Shown in pieces: positions 10,601 through 19,241 of a stretch of DNA of 64,000 nucleotides. The DNA lies in the NCBI GenBank assembly GCA_002170315.2, contig NHFA02000032.1, forward strand, positions 1,958-65,957, written 5' to 3'. Source of the DNA: Euryarchaeota archaeon TMED99. Lineage in GTDB: Archaea; Thermoplasmatota; Poseidoniia; Poseidoniales; Poseidoniaceae. Position 1 is the first letter of the stretch. Each line of letters starts with the position of its first letter. The translations under genes and the position numbers were made by a program. The notes under the pieces are model-generated. The model saw nothing but the letters and a program-made list of their open reading frames with translations. It was not told the origin of the DNA and did not search any database.

Positions 10601-10738
10601 GATGACCCTGCTGACCGCATGATCGATACCGATGGCGATGGTCACGTTAACTACTGTGAATTCAAGTGGGACACGAACCCAAGAAATCCGACCAGTTTCC
10701 CAGGACAAGGGGAATTGTGCGATCCATTTGCTCAGTAA
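7637..10738 (+). CDS. very large secreted/anchored protein of thrombospondin type 3 (Ca-binding DxDxDG) repeats
   Basis: 1033 aa with an N-terminal hydrophobic anchor (AAIISTLIFGSLFVGF). There are more than 20 copies of D-x-D-x-D-G-[LM]-x-D-x-x-E (DTDGDGLSDLLE, DTDFDGMSDGWE, DTDNDGLNDRWE ...). The start may instead be the ATG at 7655. Confidence 0.8.
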   Translation: MCTVFKMSLSHNQMAYAAIISTLIFGSLFVGFSGYFQTSESVGGFESAAEEDLIGSGTSISAATDTDGDGLSDLLESTQYGTDPELADTDFDGMSDGWEVAHGLNPLDNGESEDLLNDPSQAEETDDASIENETDSWPDPEQGPNGDPDNDGLTNQAEQELGTDPQRSDTDNDGLNDRWESMYTQTVQTPGGEVTLFNPLNGNWDCLLLDQAMIDTLTTFYDSDDALPSWDSLANAMGSYSCDMVLDTDEDGLPNFLEETYGTDPTARDSDMDLLDDIVEIGNLTATLFTGVGENCNVPLLDPIVRASPFAGVDNSWFLMDMDNDGLLNGPSDWDTDGDGMPDGFEFCYSNVNDHPQNDASMVLNPANASDGYGDWDEDGLNNFEEYQVANIFGPTNFTSPWRLDTDIDGMPDGWESTNGLHPRDGANGNLDPDHDGWDVDGDGGVFYSTLDSTTIVIGVDVIKDQWVEANATVARGQITLAGGQKQTIAMLAPVSGYVYQINVAVGQAVESRLFKWMEVVEPEEQFTNLMEYNARDRDGDGIIDGRSTDPLNPDTDGDGLLDGIEVMGWEILVVNNGVIKTWVTSDPGLFDTDEDGLSDYDEFANTCAGGSNASNPDTDGDGELDQIEALTGYSWEGVAYFTSPCMFDTDNDGLEDGEEVIAGKDNFLTHANNSDTDNDSLVDGNEVLFVPRPFQNPTNPLLNDTDSDGMLDGWEMQVKSAEDNTNSHSLWVATSSWQRPGCVSSQNNDCSMEAGGYVWQNNLGGFVNEKKFSVAEMNLTGFVVPLNDFCNCNGRWALDPSLDSLKDDTFDIDNDSLANGAEAPDKWNTNPVDDDTDGDNLPDGWEVYYSGLALESGLVDNGSIDAYGARGVMDPSMPDSDLDGIMDGEEDPDQDGLNRTGLIKKYCSGYNDTTNSDCNIDPDTPDGKKFYDNLENYTNFEEKENGTNPITNDTDGDGWNDGPEVYYQDHDDDGMATGWEFHFQFDPDDPADRMIDTDGDGHVNYCEFKWDTNPRNPTSFPGQGELCDPFAQ

Positions 10739-10801
10739 GTTGCTGATACAACCGCACATATTGGCCGAACATTGATGTTTGGTAGTTGCAGAGTTGATGA
10801 C

Positions 10802-12364
10802 ATGGGGGGGAGTAAACGCTGCATTTTGATGCTGGTTTTTTCAATCATTGCTCCAGTTTTACTTACATCTTCAGTAACTGCATCCTCTCCTCATGATGAC
10901 TTACTCGGATTCACACTCTCGCAAGAGCATGGAGAAGTGTTCGATGATTTGCTCTATCTCAATGGCAGTTCAACCGTTTCACTTACTGACTTTAACTGGG
11001 TTCTTTTATCGCTTGATAGGGGTGCTCCTCCATTGGAATCTGGTAAATTAACCAGTGTTACTGCTGTTGCTGAAAGCATATGGGATTGGGAGATAGAAGT
11101 CAATGTGTCTGCGTACGATTGCACATGCCTCATCCATATAGTTGATTCATCGACCGAACACCCTCCCATCATCTCAAGAATTGTTTACTTGGGTCAACTT
11201 CATCACATTCCTCACATCCTTCCATTTTCTTCAACAATGAATGGTTTTCTGAATGAAAAACCATTGTTCCACCTTTCTCAATCAAATCTTGCTCTCGAAA
11301 TACCAGTCGTTATGCCACAAATTGTCAATCAAGAATCATTTGTCAAGCTACGCATATGTCCTGCACCAAACGGTTTATGCCTTACTGAAATGGTCGATTT
11401 CTTCAACTTTAACACCAGCGTCGGTGATGAACAAATTCTGCTGGAACTCGACCGCACTGGTGTTGATTTGCTCGATGGCTTTTGGCTGTTCAATATCACC
11501 CTTTCCGATGCACTGTTAAGGTCGTCAAACACTGAACATTTCATGGTGCTAATGGATCAAAACCTTCCCGAAACTACATTGTCGTGTGATGCAAGCGATG
11601 CAGTGAACGAAGGTGTTAGTACTGCCTCGCAGCCACAATCCCTCATTGTGGGAGAAGGCACTTCAATCTCATTTTCCGCTTCTGTCGACGACGGTTATGT
11701 TGGGGGTCAGAATATTCTCACATGGACGCTGGTCCTTCCAGATGAATCACGCCGTGCACTTCTGCCCAGTGAACAGATTTCAGAATCTCTCATTACGCTA
11801 AATCCACAAATTCCAGGCATTTGGTCTGTAGAACTTTTGGTACGTGATACCGCTGGTTGGTTATCTCATTCATCTGTAGAATTTAATGTTGATAATATCG
11901 CTCCTGTTGCCATTGTTGAATTGGATTCCTTTGTGGTTGGGAATGGAGCAACAGTTTCTCTTACTGCGGGAGAAAATTGGACGCTCAACAGCAGCAAAAG
12001 TTCAGACACTCTGAATGATGAAGCAGGCTTGATTCATACTTGGTATGTGAACGGCAATACATTCGTTACTGGGAAAACAACACTCCTCGCCTCTGACTTT
12101 ACGAAACCTGGTCTATATGATGTTGTTTTGATTGTGGCTGATGATAATGGTGAAACCAGTGAACTTACTTTCCAAGTTCAAATTAATGATGATGTTGACT
12201 CTTCTGAAGTGAGCTCGAAAACACTCTTGGTCTCGGGTACTTTGTTCATCTTCGTGCTTCTCACCATTGGCTTACTTGTTTCTTCTGCTCGTAAAAAATC
12301 ACGACAAACCGTTGTTCCAAAGTGGGTTTCGAGTGGTGATTTATCTGATGATAAGCCGTCCTAA
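10802..12364 (+). CDS. secreted, C-terminally anchored surface protein with PKD-like Ig domain(s)
   Basis: ORF 10772-12364. The ATG at 10802 gives a canonical signal peptide, MGGSKRCILMLVFSIIAPVLLTSSVTA. There is a PKD-like segment (HTWYVNGNTF..GLYDVVLIVADDNGETSE) and a C-terminal TM helix followed by a basic stop-transfer sequence (LLVSSARKKSRQ). Confidence 0.7.
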   Translation: MGGSKRCILMLVFSIIAPVLLTSSVTASSPHDDLLGFTLSQEHGEVFDDLLYLNGSSTVSLTDFNWVLLSLDRGAPPLESGKLTSVTAVAESIWDWEIEVNVSAYDCTCLIHIVDSSTEHPPIISRIVYLGQLHHIPHILPFSSTMNGFLNEKPLFHLSQSNLALEIPVVMPQIVNQESFVKLRICPAPNGLCLTEMVDFFNFNTSVGDEQILLELDRTGVDLLDGFWLFNITLSDALLRSSNTEHFMVLMDQNLPETTLSCDASDAVNEGVSTASQPQSLIVGEGTSISFSASVDDGYVGGQNILTWTLVLPDESRRALLPSEQISESLITLNPQIPGIWSVELLVRDTAGWLSHSSVEFNVDNIAPVAIVELDSFVVGNGATVSLTAGENWTLNSSKSSDTLNDEAGLIHTWYVNGNTFVTGKTTLLASDFTKPGLYDVVLIVADDNGETSELTFQVQINDDVDSSEVSSKTLLVSGTLFIFVLLTIGLLVSSARKKSRQTVVPKWVSSGDLSDDKPS

Positions 12365-12426
12365 GCAATGGTTTTTGTATTGATTCCAATGCAATTATTG
12401 AATACTGTAGAACACTTGGCATCATC

Positions 12427-13797
12427 ATGAACGAAGCAGCGATGCGTCACATTGGCCCTCAACCAGATGCTATTTCTATGGATGAGTTCAGGGCTCGACA
12501 AGTCCGCCTTACCTCACAGTTGCGGCCTGATGACCTTTTGATTCTCTGTGCTCCTGAAGAGGCTACACATTCGAATGATGTTCATTATCCATACAGAACG
12601 ATGAGTGACATGCTCTATTTTGCTGGATGGATTGAACCTGAAGCAGTCTTTACACTCCGTTGTGTTGAGGGTTCATGGATTTCAACTCTGTTTGTTCAAC
12701 CCAAGGATACGCTCAAAGAAATCTGGGAAGGTCGACGACCAGGAGTTGAGGGTGCACTCGCCAATTGGGCTATCGATGAAGCCCATTCAATCGATGACAT
12801 GCATGAAGTTCTCTCTTCTTACGTTGATCAATCACATCGCGTCCTCATGCGAACTGGAGTTCGAAACGAGGTTGATGAATTGATTCGTCTTGCTATTGAT
12901 AGAAGGGATCGGGCAAGGCAACACTTTGGAACTGGGCCAGTTTCTCTCGAAGACCCAAGTGCTCGCATCGCTGAACTTCGCCTGCGAAAATCTCATGCAG
13001 AAATTGAGCAGATGCGCTTTGCTTCTGATGTCAGTAGTTATGCCCACATTGCAGCCATGCGTCATTCGAAACCGGGTCGTATGGAATATCAATTCCAATC
13101 AACCATTGAAGGATTCTTTGTCTATGCAGGCACTTCTGGTTGGGCCTATCCATCGATTGTTGGATGTGGTGATAACGCTACGATTCTTCACTACAAGGTG
13201 AATGACGATGTCTGCGAAGATGGTGAAGTCATTCTCATTGACGCCGGTGCAGAATTTAGAGGCTATGCTGCTGATATTACACGTTCATGGCCGATTAACG
13301 GTAAATTTACGGAAGCTCAAAAAGAGATTTATCAAGTAGTATTGGATTCTCAAATGGCTGCAATTGATTGTTGTCGTGTTGGTCAGCCCTATACCGCACC
13401 TCATGAGGCTGCTCGAAAAGTTCTCGCTGAAGGATTAATCAAATTGGGAATTATTGAACAAAGCCTTGAACAGGCTCTCGATCCTGAAACCGGCGATCTT
13501 CGCAAATGGTACATGCACAATACCAGCCACTGGATTGGACTGGATGTCCATGATGTTGGAATTTACAAACCAAATGGTGAACCACGTCTTCTTGAAGAAG
13601 GAATGTGTTTAACTGTTGAACCCGGTCTGTATTTCGGTGCATGGCGTCCTGATGTCGAATGCCCTGAGCGCTATGCGAACATCGGTATTCGAATTGAAGA
13701 TGATGTCCTTGTCACTTCGGGTGAACCTGATGTTCTCACTTCTGCTTGTCCAAAGACAATTGAGGAAATCGAAGCAATAACTGGAAAAGCATTCTGA
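12427..13797 (+). CDS. pepP: Xaa-Pro aminopeptidase (M24B family)
   Basis: Metal-ligand motifs of M24B are present: ILIDAGAEFRGYAADITRSWP, HWIGLDVHDVG, TVEPGLY and IRIEDDVLVT. Confidence 0.85.
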   Translation: MNEAAMRHIGPQPDAISMDEFRARQVRLTSQLRPDDLLILCAPEEATHSNDVHYPYRTMSDMLYFAGWIEPEAVFTLRCVEGSWISTLFVQPKDTLKEIWEGRRPGVEGALANWAIDEAHSIDDMHEVLSSYVDQSHRVLMRTGVRNEVDELIRLAIDRRDRARQHFGTGPVSLEDPSARIAELRLRKSHAEIEQMRFASDVSSYAHIAAMRHSKPGRMEYQFQSTIEGFFVYAGTSGWAYPSIVGCGDNATILHYKVNDDVCEDGEVILIDAGAEFRGYAADITRSWPINGKFTEAQKEIYQVVLDSQMAAIDCCRVGQPYTAPHEAARKVLAEGLIKLGIIEQSLEQALDPETGDLRKWYMHNTSHWIGLDVHDVGIYKPNGEPRLLEEGMCLTVEPGLYFGAWRPDVECPERYANIGIRIEDDVLVTSGEPDVLTSACPKTIEEIEAITGKAF

Positions 13798-13806
13798 GGT
13801 GTCACA

Positions 13807-14991
13807 ATGGATTGGTCATCTATCCTTGAGCGTCAAGCCTCGTGGCAGGCTGATAGGTCGCTTGAGTTTCGACTTTCTGAACTCGAAGCAATTGAATTGT
13901 ATACCAATGCTCCACTCCATCAGCTCATGAATGCCGCCCATAAGCGGCGAAATGCTATGCATGGAGCAAAGAAAGTCACCTACCTTATTGATAGAAATAT
14001 CAATTACACCAATGTATGCACAATTAACTGTCAATTTTGTTCTTTTTACCGTCCACCCGGTCACGATGAGACCTACACGCAAACGACCGATGAAATCTCA
14101 GAACGCATTCGTGAACTGGAAAGTATTGAAGGAGTTCGTATTCTCATGCAAGGTGGTGTTAATCCAGAATTAGATTTTGAGTGGTATGAAGATTTAATTC
14201 GAGAACTTTGCATCCGCCACCCAACCATCGACATCGACTGTTTTAGTCCAATTGAGATAGAGGGTATTGCCGAAGTGAGTCAATTGACGACACTTGAAGT
14301 TCTCAAGCGACTCAAAGACGCTGGAATGCATGGCTTGCCAGGTGGTGGTGCTGAAATGCTTGTCGAAGATGTACGCAAAGATGTCTCTCCCAAGAAAGGT
14401 TCACCGCTGAATTGGCTGCGTGTAATGGAAGAGGCTCAGTCTCTTGGTCTCACGACCAGTGCAACAAATGTCATTGGCTTTGGCGAGTCTTTCGCACAAA
14501 GAGTTGAACACATGCGGCGAATCCGAGAATTGCAAGATCGATCACTTGAGAACCATTCGATTGGATTTACATCTTTCATTGCATGGCCTGTTCAACTTGA
14601 AGTCAATAGTTTTGGACGAAGGAATCGTGGTCAAAACAAGGTTGAGTTAGGATCTGGTTCATCCGAATACCTTCGTCACGTAGCAGTATCAAGATTATTT
14701 CTCGACAGCATACCAAATATACAATCCTCATGGCCAACAATGGGCATTAAGACTGCACAACTCGCCTTGTTTGGCGGTGCAAATGATGTCGGTTCAACGA
14801 TGATGGAAGAAAACGTAGTCTCAGCATCTGGTACAACCAAATTCCAAGCATCTGAACGTGAACTTCAGGATGTAATTTTACGAGCTGGATTTACACCTCA
14901 ACGACGAGACAGTGACTATGTGTTCCTTGACACGCCTTTGAAAGGAGCGCCTCTTGAAGGCCTTGCCTCCCCTCCGCCAGTTCAATCTTAA
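13807..14991 (+). CDS. radical SAM enzyme of the MqnC/MqnE/CofH family (futalosine-pathway menaquinone biosynthesis type)
   Basis: Motifs IDRNINYTNVCTINCQFCSFYR (CxxxCxxC), GGAEMLVEDVR and SRLFLDSIPNIQSSW..GANDVGSTMMEENV. I cannot separate MqnC from MqnE by eye. Confidence 0.7.
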   Translation: MDWSSILERQASWQADRSLEFRLSELEAIELYTNAPLHQLMNAAHKRRNAMHGAKKVTYLIDRNINYTNVCTINCQFCSFYRPPGHDETYTQTTDEISERIRELESIEGVRILMQGGVNPELDFEWYEDLIRELCIRHPTIDIDCFSPIEIEGIAEVSQLTTLEVLKRLKDAGMHGLPGGGAEMLVEDVRKDVSPKKGSPLNWLRVMEEAQSLGLTTSATNVIGFGESFAQRVEHMRRIRELQDRSLENHSIGFTSFIAWPVQLEVNSFGRRNRGQNKVELGSGSSEYLRHVAVSRLFLDSIPNIQSSWPTMGIKTAQLALFGGANDVGSTMMEENVVSASGTTKFQASERELQDVILRAGFTPQRRDSDYVFLDTPLKGAPLEGLASPPPVQS

Positions 14992-15002
14992 ACTCTCTGA
15001 GT

Positions 15003-18000
15003 TCATGTTGTGGCGTTGTAGTAAACGACCCAGATTTCTGCGTGAATATTTCTTTGACCATTACCGATTCCATCAGAAGGAACATACTCTTGTCCATTCA
15101 TAAGACCACGATAAGTGAGATGGTTAACTCCGCCATTCATGTCGCTCCAACTTGTGATGTCATAGGTCCACTGTTTGACGTCTTGACCGGCGCACCAGCC
15201 TGCTCGACCAAATGGCCAGGAACCAAATTGATTGGCAACTACGCCATTTTGTACTTCATTTTCGCATCCTTCACTTGAAGAGACAATGGGATGCCACTCA
15301 TACGTGGTAAATCCATTCAGGTAGTAGTGGTGTTGGTGATCACAAAACTCGGCACAATTTGCATTGTCTTGGCCAAAACCATGTCCTGTAATCGTTGCCA
15401 CAATTTCGACCTTGTCTGCCCATGATGGAACGGTAAAGTTGAGGTCTCGAGTATATTTTGAAAGGTTGTTGTATGTTCCATCAAATTGCCCTCCAGTAAA
15501 TGCAAAATCAGCATCTTGGCCTCTCAACCCGCTGTTCCAGTTACTTAACAAAAAGGTGACAGTAAGGTCACCCTTGTTTGCTCCTCGATATTTGAAGGTT
15601 CGATTGTCATCATTGTCCAACATGAAGAGATATGGAGAAATATCGGTCAGCCATTTTCCTTCTCGACCGTACGTGGTAATCCATCGCATAAATTCAGTGC
15701 CGCATGAAGAAGCGTTATCCCTCTTGCAAATACGTAGGTTTGCTTCATAATCCCATTCATGGCATCCACCGGTCGTTCCATCACTTTTCTGATGTCGATT
15801 TGAACGTTCATCACACGCATGCTCGTGGTAGACTTCAAGCGTATCATAATCGGTCAAGTTACTCGGGAAGGCAGCTGTTGTTGTACTGGTAAAACCACCA
15901 CCCCAGCCACCGGAATGTCGGTAGAAGTCGAGTGCAGTGACCTCATGTATCGCAGAATCTTGCCTTCGTATTTCCACAGGGAATTCAGCATTCCACTGGT
16001 GCGGTTCATGGATGAGATGCTTTGGGTCATTACTCGAAGTTGTCCAAGCGTAAAGTGAGCCGGTTTCCCGAGCCATTTGGAATCGGTCAATGCCCATGTA
16101 AAATGGAGAATTGAAATTAGAAATCATTTGACCAAGTCCACCGGAAATGGTATTTGCTCGTTGGTCGATGTAGTGGATTCTTCCATCCCAGTCTTCTTCT
16201 TCACTTGGATTAAGGGCATTTTCAACAGCTGCTTTTCTGTTCACGATGTCGGTATGATAGGTTGAATCAAAAGAACCGAAAAAAACGTGCACATTGTCGG
16301 GCAACCCTCTGAGAAAGGGTCCAGGACTCTGTCCCCAAGTCCCCGAGTTTGAATTTCCACTCGAGTCAGTGTATTTGAATAAAAAGTAGTAGACGTCGTA
16401 ACCTGTCCATTCTTGCTGGAAATAAAAGGTTCCATCGAGCGTTGGTACTGAGAAGTTTGGAACAACTTGAATTGGCCCAGTGACAGATGTTCCACTCTTC
16501 CATGCTACAGGGTTTTGGACAACAGCACATCCTTGCGCATCAATGGTCCATCTTTCGGGAGAGTTTGGACAAATATCGACATTTGCAAATACCCCGTCAT
16601 CATCAAGGTCAGCGCATCCAATGACATTGACAATCAGGCCTTCAGGTGTTCCAGGACATTGATCGTTCGCATCATTCACCCCATCAGCATCGGTGTCTCT
16701 CTGTGTCGCTGAACACCCGACATCATTGACCTGAGTAGCGTTCAGAGGAGTTTTCGGACATTCATCAAGCGGATAACCTGTCGCATTGACATCAAACACA
16801 CCATCATTATCATCATCTTCATCTTCAAATTCATCCGCACACCCATCGCCATCAAAGTCGGTATTCTCATCGCGAATCCAGTTTGTCAGACCCTTTGGGC
16901 AAGCGTCAGATGTGTCGTTTAATCCATCATTGTCATCGTCGAAATCTTCATCCAAGTCAGAACATCCGTCACTATCCCAGTCACTAAAACTGCTTGATGC
17001 CCAATTAAGGAATCCGTATGAGCACGCATCATCTGAATCAGGTATACCATCGTTATCATCGTCTTCGTCGTCATCCGTATCATGGCATCCATCTGAATCA
17101 TAGTCTGCATCGGGCGTACTCACCCAACCAAAAGATGTTCCACAGCGATCAAAGTCATCAATGACTCCATCATTATCATCATCAAGGTCCTCTTGAAGAT
17201 CGTGACAACCATCATTATCTTGGTCACTCGCAGGAGTTGATGACCATCCATCTGCCGCACCGTAGCCATTTGGACATTGGTCATTGGAATCTAAAATCCC
17301 ATCGCCATCAGCGTCTTCACCAGTGTTTTCAAGCAAGACTTGTGTTGTGACAGTATCACTTTTCCTGGTATATTCGCCACACTCTGCAACGGTAACTAAT
17401 TCAAAATTCTCATTTGTTTCAGAGAAGTCGAGCAAGATTTTCCACGCACCAATATCGTTGAAGTTTGTGGTGGTTTTCACATCGCCAAAAGAAGTGACCT
17501 CGACCACACAAGTTGAAAGCGAACTGTGTTCTAATTCTCCCTCAAACCATATGACTGAGGGTTCTTCAAGTGAAAGCACAACGGGAGCAAAGAGAACTGG
17601 AGCATCTTCAGTCGGGGGAACTACAGAGACTGTATGTGTCAGTCCTTCTGGAACCGGTTCGGCGAATACGGCATCATTTTGAGGAATGAAATCAACCTGG
17701 ACAGTGTAATCGCCTAAGGTTTCTGGAACAAAGGACAATTGAAATCCGAGAGGTGTATCTTCTAGATTATAGTCTGAAAAGAGAGATATTTGAGGTGTGA
17801 TAATCAGAACTTCTACCTCCCAGTTCTCTCCTTCACTTTCAACCTCAAACAACAATTGGGCAGGAGTTCCATCAAATTCTATGGTATCGGTAACAACCCC
17901 CCATGAAGCAGAGAGTTTTACTTCGTTTGACTGTGAATCAGGAACCTCTGTCTCGTCTTCAACTGTGTCAACTGAACCGAGACAACCGGAAATGACCAAG

Positions 18001-18041
18001 AGACTGGCAAGGAGGATAGCCGCAAATGTCTGCCTTTGCAT
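15003..18041 (-). CDS. surface lipoprotein: N-terminal Ig-like region, thrombospondin type 3 repeats, thioredoxin-like middle region and a C-terminal PNGase F-like domain
   Basis: ORF 15003-18116. The ATG at 18041 gives MQRQTFAAILLASLLVISGC, a lipobox-like signal. TSP3 repeats are present (DQDNDGCHDLQED, DYDSDGCHDTDDD, DWDSDGCSDLDED ...). The C-terminal motifs CHEWDYEANL, GHGFGQDNANCAEFC and GRAGWCAGQ match remembered PNGase F motifs (CDEWDRYANV, GCAEWC, DRAGWCPG). Confidence 0.8.
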   Translation of the reverse strand: MQRQTFAAILLASLLVISGCLGSVDTVEDETEVPDSQSNEVKLSASWGVVTDTIEFDGTPAQLLFEVESEGENWEVEVLIITPQISLFSDYNLEDTPLGFQLSFVPETLGDYTVQVDFIPQNDAVFAEPVPEGLTHTVSVVPPTEDAPVLFAPVVLSLEEPSVIWFEGELEHSSLSTCVVEVTSFGDVKTTTNFNDIGAWKILLDFSETNENFELVTVAECGEYTRKSDTVTTQVLLENTGEDADGDGILDSNDQCPNGYGAADGWSSTPASDQDNDGCHDLQEDLDDDNDGVIDDFDRCGTSFGWVSTPDADYDSDGCHDTDDDEDDDNDGIPDSDDACSYGFLNWASSSFSDWDSDGCSDLDEDFDDDNDGLNDTSDACPKGLTNWIRDENTDFDGDGCADEFEDEDDDNDGVFDVNATGYPLDECPKTPLNATQVNDVGCSATQRDTDADGVNDANDQCPGTPEGLIVNVIGCADLDDDGVFANVDICPNSPERWTIDAQGCAVVQNPVAWKSGTSVTGPIQVVPNFSVPTLDGTFYFQQEWTGYDVYYFLFKYTDSSGNSNSGTWGQSPGPFLRGLPDNVHVFFGSFDSTYHTDIVNRKAAVENALNPSEEEDWDGRIHYIDQRANTISGGLGQMISNFNSPFYMGIDRFQMARETGSLYAWTTSSNDPKHLIHEPHQWNAEFPVEIRRQDSAIHEVTALDFYRHSGGWGGGFTSTTTAAFPSNLTDYDTLEVYHEHACDERSNRHQKSDGTTGGCHEWDYEANLRICKRDNASSCGTEFMRWITTYGREGKWLTDISPYLFMLDNDDNRTFKYRGANKGDLTVTFLLSNWNSGLRGQDADFAFTGGQFDGTYNNLSKYTRDLNFTVPSWADKVEIVATITGHGFGQDNANCAEFCDHQHHYYLNGFTTYEWHPIVSSSEGCENEVQNGVVANQFGSWPFGRAGWCAGQDVKQWTYDITSWSDMNGGVNHLTYRGLMNGQEYVPSDGIGNGQRNIHAEIWVVYYNATT

Positions 18042-18084
18042 GAAGAATTGACGTCTCAGCCGAGACTTGAATGTGTTGCTCAAA

Positions 18085-19215
18085 TCAAATGGTATCTGAT
18101 TCTGTTCTACCATCATTGGTCGGTAGTGTTTCGTTGCGAATAGAGTTTTTTTGGTGGCTTACTGCCAATGGCAGAACCCACAAAAGTGGCCCGTCTTTCT
18201 TTCTCTTAATATGAACAATTATCTCCCAATGAATTCGTATCATCGCCGTTGAGACTGTGCCTGGCCACTGTGATTGAGGTGGTTGAAGAATGATCTCTTC
18301 ATCAGAAATTGGTGCTTCATCTCCATGTTCCATAATTCGCATTGGACGTAAAAAGAGGCCTCCCTCTGCCTCGTGATGTTCCATAGGAGCCTCTTCTCCA
18401 CCTCCGGTGCCATCATCAAGACCAATTTCCCAATGGTGTGGTAATTCGGTTGTGAGTCCAGGCGGTGGTTGTTTCGATTCTCTTCGACCCAGTGCACTGA
18501 AGACTGCATCTCTTGCAGGGGGGAGCACCCCAACTCTCCACATGACCTTGATATCACTCCATTCCTCTCTAACTTCAGGAAGTTCTACCTTGATTTTCAA
18601 TGGCTGACCTGCAACTGGCTGTTCTCGAATTTCAATGATTGGTCTCTGAGGTGAAGATTTGAGAAATTTACGTTGCTGTACCAAATCTGCAAGATTTGCA
18701 CCAACTCGTAATGCCAGTGGTGAGAACAGCAAAGGCACGATGATGACTGCCAATACTGGATAGTCGAGTAAACCGATTCGTATGGTTCCTGTTCCTATAC
18801 CCGGCACTCCAAAAGAACTCAAAATTGGTTCAACGAACAGATATCCCAGCGTGATGAGTAACACAATAACTGTCTTGGAGATGTAGTTTCTTACTACTGA
18901 GTGAATCGGATTCGGGGTGAGATACCATCCTCGGCGCTGTTTTTTTACGACACGCGGCGTTTTACTGTCTTCCAAATAAAACTCATTCCTTTCAATATCC
19001 GTATCATCATAGGGTTTTCCATCCAATAGGAATCGTTGCTCTACCAACCAATCATTCTCACTCCCGAGTCGGAAGCTTGGTGAATGGTTTGAGAGAGTTT
19101 CTATGATTTCACTATCTTTACCTCTACAGAGTACATTTTTTCCAGTAGAAATTGGTAATTTTGATGGATTGAATCGGTATGACTCAAAAGGTGGAAAGCG
19201 AATGCGCTGCTCCAA
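18085..19215 (-). CDS. hypothetical membrane protein (cytosolic N-domain, 3 TM helices, beta-rich C-domain)
   Basis: 376 aa. The only available start is TTG at 19215, and there is no in-frame ATG for more than 250 codons. Hydrophobic helices lie around residues 115-175. It sits immediately upstream of, and co-directional with, the PNGase-like lipoprotein gene. Confidence 0.5.
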   Translation of the reverse strand: MEQRIRFPPFESYRFNPSKLPISTGKNVLCRGKDSEIIETLSNHSPSFRLGSENDWLVEQRFLLDGKPYDDTDIERNEFYLEDSKTPRVVKKQRRGWYLTPNPIHSVVRNYISKTVIVLLITLGYLFVEPILSSFGVPGIGTGTIRIGLLDYPVLAVIIVPLLFSPLALRVGANLADLVQQRKFLKSSPQRPIIEIREQPVAGQPLKIKVELPEVREEWSDIKVMWRVGVLPPARDAVFSALGRRESKQPPPGLTTELPHHWEIGLDDGTGGGEEAPMEHHEAEGGLFLRPMRIMEHGDEAPISDEEIILQPPQSQWPGTVSTAMIRIHWEIIVHIKRKKDGPLLWVLPLAVSHQKNSIRNETLPTNDGRTESDTI

Positions 19216-19241
19216 TTCTAATTTTGCGATAAAATCACACC

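Noticed and set aside
16786-17682. Ser-rich plus-strand ORFs (16786-17103 and 17284-17682), together with the similar antisense ORFs 10265-10759, 8353-8643 and 9556-9816, all lying inside the TSP3-repeat genes
   Set aside because: They are antisense or off-frame shadows of Asp-codon-rich repeats. Their composition is low-complexity Ser/Ile/Pro with no start context. The sense-strand frames carry strong, recognisable repeat motifs.
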